From Oligoflexus sp. (GTDB taxonomy: Bacteria; Bdellovibrionota_B; Oligoflexia; Oligoflexales; Oligoflexaceae): a DNA stretch of 58,667 nucleotides. Position numbers and translations under genes: made by a program. Positions 17,995 to 26,405 of the stretch are shown here, one piece after another (the first letter of the stretch is position 1; every line of letters starts with the position of its first letter). The stretch lies in NCBI GenBank assembly GCA_041737755.1, contig JBGSRE010000491.1, positions 1 to 58,667 of the forward strand. Reading direction: 5' to 3'. A model generated the notes under the pieces. It ran no database searches. It saw nothing but the letters and a program-made list of their open reading frames with translations, and was not told where the DNA came from.

Positions 17995-18918
17995 ATGGCA
18001 AAGCGACATTCAACATCAACAATTTGTGCTGATGGGAGTATCTCCCCTTGGTTAGGCGCATCTGGGCCATTAGCCTATAGCCCCGAGAATCACCCCGAAA
18101 CGAACTATTTTTTTCAATACGGCTGGCTCATGCCAAGCCTGTTCCCCGACCGAAGACATTACTATTTTGGTTACTGGTCCTCCATGGCCCGAAGAGACAC
18201 TTTTGATAACATAACAATTGAATTCTTGGTGGATTTTTGGGCAAAGAGCCAAGCTGGACGAGTGATACCCGTTATTGTTCGCAATAGTTATGCAACCAGT
18301 TTGGACTTTGGAGCTCCCATCGCATGTTACCAGTATCGCCGCCCTAGAGACCGAACAGATTCTTATATGCTGATGCAGCATGGTAGCTATCAAACAGTTC
18401 CAGGACGCAAGCAACCTCATCTTCATGAAGGAAAAATCATCGTCTATCGAGGTATTGGCAAGGCTGCTGTTTTCAAACATTTTTGTCCCGATAAAACGGC
18501 GATTTCTGAAACAGAATTGAGATCATTAAAGCACTATTGGGTCGCCCACCAGAAAGCATTTGCTGATTCCGAAGTGTCCTTTAGTGTTGCGCATTCCAGA
18601 ATCCACAGGTCGGAAACCGATTTTCTCAACATCAATTATGATTGGTCATCGATCGCACATGAAGAGGGGTTAGACTGGACTGGATGCGAATTTGCTAGGT
18701 TGCTAAGGGCAAGCTATCTGCAATCATTTACGTTGGACCAACAGATTGCCAAGAATAAATTTGGCCCCAATTATGCGGCATTCTTGACTCCGATAGAAAA
18801 CATCAGGCTAACAACTTTTTTCGCAGGGGAACAAGAGGTCTTTATTCTTGACCCTTCAAAGATGGAAATTATAAAGGCATATGGATGTAAAACGGAACTC
18901 ATCACTGGTCGAAGGTAA
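17995..18918 (+). CDS. Hypothetical protein with a C-terminal ADP-ribosyltransferase-like (R-S-E) motif set
   Basis: 'IIVYRG'...'QSFTLDQQIA..KF'...'GEQEVFI' in the canonical order; ATG is 5 bp after the upstream stop. Confidence 0.5.
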   Translation: MAKRHSTSTICADGSISPWLGASGPLAYSPENHPETNYFFQYGWLMPSLFPDRRHYYFGYWSSMARRDTFDNITIEFLVDFWAKSQAGRVIPVIVRNSYATSLDFGAPIACYQYRRPRDRTDSYMLMQHGSYQTVPGRKQPHLHEGKIIVYRGIGKAAVFKHFCPDKTAISETELRSLKHYWVAHQKAFADSEVSFSVAHSRIHRSETDFLNINYDWSSIAHEEGLDWTGCEFARLLRASYLQSFTLDQQIAKNKFGPNYAAFLTPIENIRLTTFFAGEQEVFILDPSKMEIIKAYGCKTELITGRR

Positions 18919-18944
18919 GCAGGGATGAACTAAAATAACGTTGA

Positions 18945-19415
18945 TCAATCAATATCAATCTCACATTTTCCGTCCAACAATACACCACCCTTGGCTTGAC
19001 ATTTCTTTGCTTTTTCTTTTAAGGCCTTTTTATCGACCGTTACTGGTCCAGATTCTACCGACGACTTTTTACCAGTATAGCGAAAAGCCACCAATGTTAC
19101 CGAAGCAGTGCCTAAAGTTCCGGCATCTTGAGCCTGAATATAAACATCCTTGCCACCGCAATCACAAGCCTGATCTTTATGCTTCTCGATAGCGGTTGCT
19201 ACTGTATGCGAAAATGATCCAGAGCTCGTACCAGTAATGACACAAAGCTCCTCTATATCCCCCTTGCTTTTGGCCGCTTCCAAAGAGCTATGAAGAGTTA
19301 CATGACATTCGCTTCGAGCTATAGGCTCAGACGGGTTAATTTGTGATACTGAAGCCGTGCAACCCATAATTGCTATAACTGCTGCAAGACACGCAACAGA
19401 AGTAATATTCAGCAT
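18945..19415 (-). CDS. Cys-rich lipoprotein of unknown function
   Basis: RBS AGGAGG; lipobox IMGC; several Cys residues. Confidence 0.7.
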   Translation of the reverse strand: MLNITSVACLAAVIAIMGCTASVSQINPSEPIARSECHVTLHSSLEAAKSKGDIEELCVITGTSSGSFSHTVATAIEKHKDQACDCGGKDVYIQAQDAGTLGTASVTLVAFRYTGKKSSVESGPVTVDKKALKEKAKKCQAKGGVLLDGKCEIDID

Positions 19416-19666
19416 GTTTAGCCTCCTAAATTTCGATTATCTTAAAATGAATTCAAAAGGGTATTTTAACATAGTTCGCTGTTAACGCCAGTCAGCTGTT
19501 TTGCCTGAACTAAGAAAACATTTTTGAATAACCAACCGTCAGACATACACAATCAATCTCATCTAATGCTTTTACCATCTTATGCAACAGTAGCTAGGCT
19601 CCGCTCGCGTTGCTCCCTGCGCATTCGGCCATCCCTTCGGGCTGCCCTCACTTGCTAGAGGTTATC

Positions 19667-19693
19667 ATACACACCCTATGCACCTGTTGTGCT
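19667..19693 (-). other. oriT, MOB_F-type nic site (predicted nick between 19671 and 19670)
   Basis: Minus strand reads AGCACAACAGGTGCATAGGGTGT^GTAT: a GCAC/GTGC hairpin then a nic core like R388 (GGTGCGTATTGTCT^A) and F (TGCGTGGGGTGT^G). It lies upstream of the RHH-T4CP-relaxase genes. Confidence 0.75.
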
Positions 19694-19841
19694 GGGTCCG
19701 CGTCTAGATCAGCTTCAATCGACTACAATCATTATGAAAAGAAGTATACGGTCGTATACGCAAGGAACCATGAGTCACCCTCAATGCTTCGATATTTTAT
19801 CCAAAACTATAGCTGCGCAGAGTAGACCGTGAGCTTGAGCA

Positions 19842-19891
19842 TTCCCGGCATTCCGGTAATCCAAGCACAAAAATTCACGGATATCCGGACA
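19842..19891. promoter_or_regulatory. Paired 18-bp motifs, putative enhancer (UAS) sites
   Basis: TTCCCGGCATTCCGGTAA (19842-19859) and TTCACGGATATCCGGACA (19874-19891); the latter matches 11150-11167 at 16 of 18 positions. Confidence 0.55.
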
Positions 19892-19953
19892 TAAGCCCTT
19901 CAAGAGACGGCGCCAAAATAAGGTAACTGCCTGAAATGTCCAGCAACCACCAC

Positions 19954-19970
19954 TTGGATCGCAAATTGCC
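19954..19970 (+). promoter_or_regulatory. Putative sigma-54 -24/-12 promoter of the mob operon
   Basis: TTGGATCGCAAATTGCC (GG-N10-GC with TTGC), about 50 bp before ATG 20018. Confidence 0.5.
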
Positions 19971-20017
19971 TCTCTATTATTGGTCAATGTTGAATCTCTT
20001 TTGGTGTGGGGGCGGGA

Positions 20018-20476
20018 ATGGCAAATGAAATAAAAACGCAGCGACGCGGTCGAGCACAGATAACCAGTGGACTCGTTCCGGTGACCTTACGGATATCAGC
20101 TAAAGATCGAGACAATTTTGAGCATCTCGCCAGGGTCCATGGATCGAATCTTTCGGAGTACCTGAGGGCGCTTCTTGATGAGTATGCATCCAAGGCATCA
20201 TTTGGGCACCGACTCGATGATATTGGCGCGCAGCTCAATGCCATCTCGGAGAAGGTCCATCAGGTTTCCGGGCAAGAGCAGGTGTCGACGACAAAATCAG
20301 AGAGCCACGCCGACCAAACTCTGCATGAAATCAGTAAGCAGTTGGCAGCCACGACCACAAGTGTCGAGCAGTTCACAACTTTGATCCAAAGTAGCTTCGA
20401 ACAGTTGTTTGATGCATTTTTCAAACTTCAAACCTTTATTGAGCACATGAGCAAAGCACAAGGGGGTCGTCGATGA
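20018..20476 (+). CDS. RHH relaxosome accessory protein (TrwA-like)
   Basis: 'VPVTLRISAKDRDNFEHLARVHGSNLSEYLRALL' RHH plus coiled coil; lies between oriT and the T4CP gene. Confidence 0.7.
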   Translation: MANEIKTQRRGRAQITSGLVPVTLRISAKDRDNFEHLARVHGSNLSEYLRALLDEYASKASFGHRLDDIGAQLNAISEKVHQVSGQEQVSTTKSESHADQTLHEISKQLAATTTSVEQFTTLIQSSFEQLFDAFFKLQTFIEHMSKAQGGRR

Positions 20477-22434
20477 AGCAGAGATTCATAAGCGCGGGTA
20501 TGCTTGCTTCATGTTTGGGAATTGGGCTCTTTTTAATCCTCTCCAAGAGGATCAATGTCGCGACATTTCTCTTCGCTCCTGACAGGATCGCTTTAATCCA
20601 ACAGGCCATAAGCAAAAAGGTGCCATCAGTTGTAGCTACTGGCGGCCTGACTGTTAGTCTCGTGTTGCTCATAATTGCGCTCACGGTCCTGATCGAACTT
20701 GAAATGCGAAAAAAGGACCAGAGTCCAGCGACATTGATTTCGCATTTGGTCTTTGTATCAATCGGTCTTGTCGCAGCACAAATCATACTCAATGTCGTCG
20801 CATCAATGATTTTGCGGCAGCGCATTCCACTGAATGGATTTGGTGTTGTTGCTATACCGCTAGCTGTGCTCGGATTCTATGCACCAATCCGGATTTGGTT
20901 CTGGCAGCGACCAACCTCTGGGGATGACTCTCTGAACCGTGGCATCAAGGTTATATTTGATCCTGCTCGTAGCGCGCAAATTCTGAGGCGCAAAGCCGTA
21001 TCAATAGGAGCAACCGGCCTTGCCATTCATGATGACGTAATATTGCCAATTGGTCAGGAGACCAAACATACACTCCTCATAGCGGCTCCAGGGGGCGGCA
21101 AGACTCAGGTTATATACCCCTTGATTGAGCGAATTAGAGCACGCGGTGACGCTATGCTCCTTTATGACTTTAAGGGAGATTTTACGGCCGCCTTTGGCGA
21201 GGATCTCGGGGTCTTAATCCTAAGCCCTTTCGATGCACGTGGTTATGGATGGGATATTGCCGCTGATGTAACCACAGACATAAAAGCGATGGAGTTCGCA
21301 GCCTGCCTCATGCCTGACCTGGATTCCAAAGAGCCCTTCTTCAAAAAAGCTGCGCAAGATTTGTTAACGGGGGTGATCACAAAACTGATTAGGGAGAAGC
21401 AAGGGGTTTGGGGAATTGGTGATCTTGTGAGCCTTCTAACCAATAAGTCAGATATTGTTGCCTCTTGCCAACAATATCGACCCGCAGCGTTGAGTGCGCT
21501 TGGTCCCGTTGATGAGAAGCAAGCAGCCGGGGTATTTGGAGAGCTGAGAACCGGGTCCATTCAGCTTGAATATTTGGCGAGAGCTTGGCCATCGACTCAG
21601 AAAAAGATCTCACTTACCAAATGGGTGCGAAATCCGGAACTCCGTCAGGAGCAGCCGATCATCATGCTCCGCGGGCATCAACAGTACCGGCGCCTTGATG
21701 GTTTTTTAACCTCGTTGGTCTGCGCACTCGTGATCAAAGAAGCCCTATCACTCCCCGACTCCTATGAAAGGCGGATCTGGGCGGTCTTAGATGAGTTTGG
21801 TAACTTGCCGCGAATTGAGGGCATAGATGCGCTTTTAACCGGGGTCCGTTCAAAGGGGGTGCGGATCGTAGCCGCGATTCAAGATATTGCGCAAATAGAG
21901 GAAACCTATTCAAGGTCTTTTGCGCAAACTTTTTTTAACTGCTTTGGGACTATTCTCGCGGGGTTATGCTCGGGGTCAACGGCTCGTTACCTGTCTGACT
22001 CTTTCGGCAAAAATAAAATCGACCGTCTTCAACACAGTAAGTCTCGTAAAAAGGGCGCCCAGGGGATGGGTGCTGGAACCTCAATTTCAGAAACTCAACA
22101 AAGCGTGATCGAGAATGCCCTTATTGATACCGATTTTTCAAACCTAGAACCACCTAACATGAATACCCCTGCATCGTTTTGGCTTCGAATCTCTGGCTGG
22201 CCTATCGGGCGGCTCAGTTATCCCGTGCGGCCTCTGCCTAATAAATACCCGTCTCATATCGAACCGGATTGGTTAAAAGACCCAGCTGTTTCTACGAACA
22301 CCGTGCACAGCGATCACGAGAACGAAGTCGAAGATGATAGTTTGCCTGAATCGGTGGTCCCGCTCGTGCGTGAGTACCGGCCCTTTGGAGCCAAGGCCGA
22401 CGGCGGTATTGAATCACCTAGAAGCGGGGGGTAA
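20473..22434 (+). CDS. trwB: Type IV coupling protein (TrwB/TraD family)
   Basis: N-terminal TM helices; 'HTLLIAAPGGGKT', 'YDFKGDF', 'PFDARG', 'LDEFGNLPRI', 'QDIAQI'. Confidence 0.92.
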   Translation: MKQRFISAGMLASCLGIGLFLILSKRINVATFLFAPDRIALIQQAISKKVPSVVATGGLTVSLVLLIIALTVLIELEMRKKDQSPATLISHLVFVSIGLVAAQIILNVVASMILRQRIPLNGFGVVAIPLAVLGFYAPIRIWFWQRPTSGDDSLNRGIKVIFDPARSAQILRRKAVSIGATGLAIHDDVILPIGQETKHTLLIAAPGGGKTQVIYPLIERIRARGDAMLLYDFKGDFTAAFGEDLGVLILSPFDARGYGWDIAADVTTDIKAMEFAACLMPDLDSKEPFFKKAAQDLLTGVITKLIREKQGVWGIGDLVSLLTNKSDIVASCQQYRPAALSALGPVDEKQAAGVFGELRTGSIQLEYLARAWPSTQKKISLTKWVRNPELRQEQPIIMLRGHQQYRRLDGFLTSLVCALVIKEALSLPDSYERRIWAVLDEFGNLPRIEGIDALLTGVRSKGVRIVAAIQDIAQIEETYSRSFAQTFFNCFGTILAGLCSGSTARYLSDSFGKNKIDRLQHSKSRKKGAQGMGAGTSISETQQSVIENALIDTDFSNLEPPNMNTPASFWLRISGWPIGRLSYPVRPLPNKYPSHIEPDWLKDPAVSTNTVHSDHENEVEDDSLPESVVPLVREYRPFGAKADGGIESPRSGG

Positions 22435-22437
22435 CCC

Positions 22438-25164
22438 ATGCTAACCATCAAGAAAATATCAGGATCACAGGCGGCAGCTGATTATTATGCCAAGTACGCT
22501 CAGGAAAAGGGTGAGGCTCAAGGTTACTGGATTGATAACAGCGGTCAGCTCGTAGCTGGGGGGGCTCATGTCGATCCGCAGGCCATGCTCTATATGCTCA
22601 AAGGTTATTCTCCCGATGGCAAGGCAGCTCTTTGCCAAAACCCCGGTGAAGATCACCATCCTGGTTGGGATCTGACTTTCTCACCACCAAAAAGTGTTTC
22701 CATAGCCTGGTCAAATGCATCGGACGATCTTCGGATCGACATTGAATCAGCCCATCGTGAAGCAGTTGCTCGGGCTCTTGGGTTTATCAATGACGAGGCC
22801 ACATGTGTTCGGGTGGGCAAGGGGGGAGCTGGGGTCGAGCAGGCACGAATGGTCGCAGCTCTCTTTCAGCACTCATCCAACAGGGCTGAGGAGCCGCAGC
22901 TCCATACCCACGCAATCGTTTTTAACGTGGCACAAACCAAATCTGACGGGAAGTGGCGGACTCTACACCCTTACCCTATCTATCGAGCCTACATGGCCGC
23001 TGGAGCCATTTATAAGGCCGAGATGGCCGATCGTATGAAGGCATTGGGTTTTGAAACCCACAGGACCAAAGACAGTTTCGAATTGTCGCAAGTTCCTGCG
23101 GCTGTTTGTGATGCTCAGAGTTCTCGGTCCAAGGCGATCGAAGCGGCCTTGGAGCGTCAAGGACAGACCAGATCGAGTGCTTCGGCGGTGACAAAGGAGC
23201 TCTTGGCCCTTGATACCCGTGCTGAGAAGGGTAGTGAACGAGTGGTCCGCGACTTCGATCGTTGGCAAAAAGAAAACTCTGCATTTGGATTTGGACCAAC
23301 TGAGCAATCCGTGGTTTTGGATCTTCAAGGTCCGAATCAAGAGCAGACGCCATTCAATGGCAAGGATCATCGCGAGGTTATGAGCGAAAGCCTACAAAAG
23401 CTAACGGCAAGATCATCCACGTTCAACGACTTTGATCTTTATAGAGCTGCGGCCGAGGCAGCCATCACCGAGACGGGTGCTGATACAGCGTTGGCTATGG
23501 CACGAGAGGCGAAAAAAGACGGAGAGGTAGTTGCTCTTGGTCCAAATAGGTTCAATGAAAATCGCTATAGTACACAGGAAATGGCAAAAATTGAGCAGGA
23601 GAATATGTTAATCGTCGCTGAAAGGCGGCAAGAAAATCAACACCCGGTGCCTGCTAACACCATAATTCAGGTTCTTGAAAAGCGACCAACGATACAAAGT
23701 GAGCAGGCAGAGGCCCTAAGGCATGTGGTGGGCGGTAAAGATGGAGTCACTTTTATTGAAGGCGATGCAGGAACGGGCAAGAGTTTCTTAATGTCAGCTG
23801 TGAGGGAGGCATATGAAGCCAGTGGTTACGAGGTTCGCGGCATCTCTTTTACCAACAAGGCTGCAAAAAATCTCGAAGAGGGCAGCGGGATCAAAGATTG
23901 CCAGAGTGTTGACTCACTCCTGATTGAACAGCGCAAAGGGGAAAACCCCCTCCATGGTCGGTCCGTGCTCGTTCTCGACGAAGCTGGGATGTTGGATAGT
24001 CGCAAGATGCGTGAGCTGATGCGTCATTGCAAAGACAGCCATACCAAATTGATTTGTATTGGCGATCAAAAGCAGATCCAACCAATTGCAGCTGGGCAGG
24101 CTTTTGGCTCCATGAAGCGCGAGTTCGGATCAAAACGATTGACCGAAATTATGCGGCAAAAGGATGAATGGCTAAAAACAGCCATCAAAGACTTCGCTGA
24201 AGGGCGTGTTCGACAAGGGATCGATGAATTTGATCAGCGAGATGCCTTGCAAATTTCAAAGAATCGCAATGAGGCTCGACAAGCTATTATCTCTGAGTGG
24301 AAAAATCAGATAGATGCGAGTGGCCTCGCAAAGGCTCCGCTCATGGTGGTGACTACCAATGCTGAAGTCGACCATTTGAATCTTCTCGCGCGTGATCAGT
24401 TGGTAAAAAGCGGTGTTTTAGAGCAGGGTCTTGTTATTGATACAGATCATGGTCAACGATGCTTCGCGGCAGGAGACCGAATAGTCTTCACCTCAAATTT
24501 TAAAAAAAAAGGTATCTACAATTCAGGTGTCGCAACTATTGAAAAGATAAAAAAGCCACTAAACACCAGTAGTTCTAGGACAATAACCGTAAAAACCGAA
24601 AACGGACGTCGGGTTAAGTTCGACCCCTCAACCTTCAAATCATTTCGCCATGCATACGCCATAACCACCCATAAGTCGCAGGGGTCCACTGTTGATCGGG
24701 TTTTGGTTCTCGTTGATGGCACATTGATGGACCGGGAAAAATTCTACGTTGCGGTTTCTCGGGGGCGTGAAAAACCAGCCGTGTTTGTTGATCAGCAAAC
24801 GCTGGGAGGTGTGCCAATGGATGAACGGCAGCGATTAGTAGCCCTTCCGATTGAAGAGCGATCCAAAGAGGAGCGGGAGCTATTTAAGTTGTCACTTGGG
24901 CGCATGTTGGGAGCGTCCCATGAAAAGGATACGTCACAAGACTATTCAATCACCAAGAGTCAATTGCGCGATGCCATCAAATCTAAACCAGAGAAGGAAT
25001 TGACTGCATGGGATGGCTTTAAACTTAAAGTTACTGAGCAGTTACGCAATATTCACATAAGGCTTAGTGCGGCATTTGGGGATCGTTCACCCGAAGGTAA
25101 ATCTGGAGCAGATACTGGCATGTCTGCGGACAAATCGGCGAAAGATATGTCCTATGACCGTTGA
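22438..25164 (+). CDS. trwC: MOB_F relaxase-helicase (TrwC/TraI family)
   Basis: 'AADYY', 'GWDLTFSPPKSVS', HUH 'HSSNRAEEPQLHTHAIVFN'; RecD-like helicase motifs GDAGTGKS, 'LDEAGM', 'YAITTHKSQGST'. Confidence 0.95.
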   Translation: MLTIKKISGSQAAADYYAKYAQEKGEAQGYWIDNSGQLVAGGAHVDPQAMLYMLKGYSPDGKAALCQNPGEDHHPGWDLTFSPPKSVSIAWSNASDDLRIDIESAHREAVARALGFINDEATCVRVGKGGAGVEQARMVAALFQHSSNRAEEPQLHTHAIVFNVAQTKSDGKWRTLHPYPIYRAYMAAGAIYKAEMADRMKALGFETHRTKDSFELSQVPAAVCDAQSSRSKAIEAALERQGQTRSSASAVTKELLALDTRAEKGSERVVRDFDRWQKENSAFGFGPTEQSVVLDLQGPNQEQTPFNGKDHREVMSESLQKLTARSSTFNDFDLYRAAAEAAITETGADTALAMAREAKKDGEVVALGPNRFNENRYSTQEMAKIEQENMLIVAERRQENQHPVPANTIIQVLEKRPTIQSEQAEALRHVVGGKDGVTFIEGDAGTGKSFLMSAVREAYEASGYEVRGISFTNKAAKNLEEGSGIKDCQSVDSLLIEQRKGENPLHGRSVLVLDEAGMLDSRKMRELMRHCKDSHTKLICIGDQKQIQPIAAGQAFGSMKREFGSKRLTEIMRQKDEWLKTAIKDFAEGRVRQGIDEFDQRDALQISKNRNEARQAIISEWKNQIDASGLAKAPLMVVTTNAEVDHLNLLARDQLVKSGVLEQGLVIDTDHGQRCFAAGDRIVFTSNFKKKGIYNSGVATIEKIKKPLNTSSSRTITVKTENGRRVKFDPSTFKSFRHAYAITTHKSQGSTVDRVLVLVDGTLMDREKFYVAVSRGREKPAVFVDQQTLGGVPMDERQRLVALPIEERSKEERELFKLSLGRMLGASHEKDTSQDYSITKSQLRDAIKSKPEKELTAWDGFKLKVTEQLRNIHIRLSAAFGDRSPEGKSGADTGMSADKSAKDMSYDR

Positions 25165-25239
25165 AAGTATAACAGTTATGCTTTTGAATTGAGCATTGGA
25201 CACCAAAAAGCTATTATTCGGGAGGTTCAGTAGGGATCA

Positions 25240-25539
25240 ATGGTTGGAAATTTTGAGGGAAGCATGGTTGAAGGAATTGAGACTCAACGGCAAGGAGCTA
25301 GGCCCCAGGCAAATAAAGTTCAAAGCGGCAAGCGAACCAAACCCCGCCGTGAGGTTCCAGATGTGTCCTCCAGTGAAGCAATCACCAAGGTAAACCTGGA
25401 CCTGTCAGCGACAATGCTACAGGAGCTTGATCAGCTGGCGTTGCTTCTAAATGTTTCCCGGCAAGCTGTTATCAAGAATTTTGTCAAAGACGGGCTTGAT
25501 CGCCATTTTCTCGGTCAGAGAGCTCGCGATAAAGGTTAA
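25240..25539 (+). CDS. CopG/RHH protein resembling BrnA-type antitoxins
   Basis: 'KVNLDLSATMLQELDQLALLLNVSRQAVIK'; start uncertain. Confidence 0.6.
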   Translation: MVGNFEGSMVEGIETQRQGARPQANKVQSGKRTKPRREVPDVSSSEAITKVNLDLSATMLQELDQLALLLNVSRQAVIKNFVKDGLDRHFLGQRARDKG

Positions 25540-25568
25540 GGATAAAATATGGGCCGGCACTTTGAGGT

Positions 25569-26405
25569 ATGACTATGAAACGCTACTTAATCGTGAATGC
25601 AGATGACTGCGGCTTTGATACACCAACCACAGACGGGGTGTTTGATGCGCATCTCAACGGGATCGTGTCGTCGACATCTGTTGTTGTCAATTTTGATGGT
25701 TTTACCTATGCAGCCAAGCGCCTTCTTGAAACTCCAACTTTAAGAGCTGGGGTTCATCTCAATTTCTATCAGGGCAAGCCAGTTCTAGAAGCAGCAAAAA
25801 TACCAAGTTTGATCAATCCACTGATCGGAGAGTTTGATCCAATAATCCAAAAATCATGGGAAATTAGTCCGATTCACCTAAAGGCTGAATTTAGAGCTCA
25901 AATCGAAAAATTTCTAGCAGCTGGTCTCACCCCCACACATCTTGATAACCATAGGCCCGAAATTTACCTGGATGTTCAGTTATTTAAGGTTGTCATTGAG
26001 CTAGCCGAGGAATATCGACTACCGATTCGTATGCCGTTTGATAAGTGTTTTGCACGAGACGATCAAAAGCTCACATCAATGACCGGTGTACCTTGGGAGA
26101 TCGTTCAAGCCAGAGGTAAGCTGATTCGCGACGAAGTCGTAAAGCGTGGAATCTCGTTTCCAGACTATTTTTGCTATGAGTTTACAACTAAAGGACGCAC
26201 CATCGAGTCCTTATGTGAAATTTTAATGAGTCTGCCAGAGGGAATTTCTGAGATATGCACGCACCCTGGATATAGTGGTGATCGCCAAATTCAAGAACTT
26301 AATGTGCTACTAAGCCCCAAGGCAAAAGATGCCGTAAGCGCAATGGATATAAATCTTTCCTCATTTGAAGTTGCTCAAGGGCATTCGGGAGGAAACTGCG
26401 TTTGA
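25569..26405 (+). CDS. ChbG/HpnK/YdjC-family carbohydrate deacetylase
   Basis: 'LIVNADDCG', 'GVHLN', 'PTHLDNH', 'EICTHPG'. Confidence 0.9.
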   Translation: MTMKRYLIVNADDCGFDTPTTDGVFDAHLNGIVSSTSVVVNFDGFTYAAKRLLETPTLRAGVHLNFYQGKPVLEAAKIPSLINPLIGEFDPIIQKSWEISPIHLKAEFRAQIEKFLAAGLTPTHLDNHRPEIYLDVQLFKVVIELAEEYRLPIRMPFDKCFARDDQKLTSMTGVPWEIVQARGKLIRDEVVKRGISFPDYFCYEFTTKGRTIESLCEILMSLPEGISEICTHPGYSGDRQIQELNVLLSPKAKDAVSAMDINLSSFEVAQGHSGGNCV

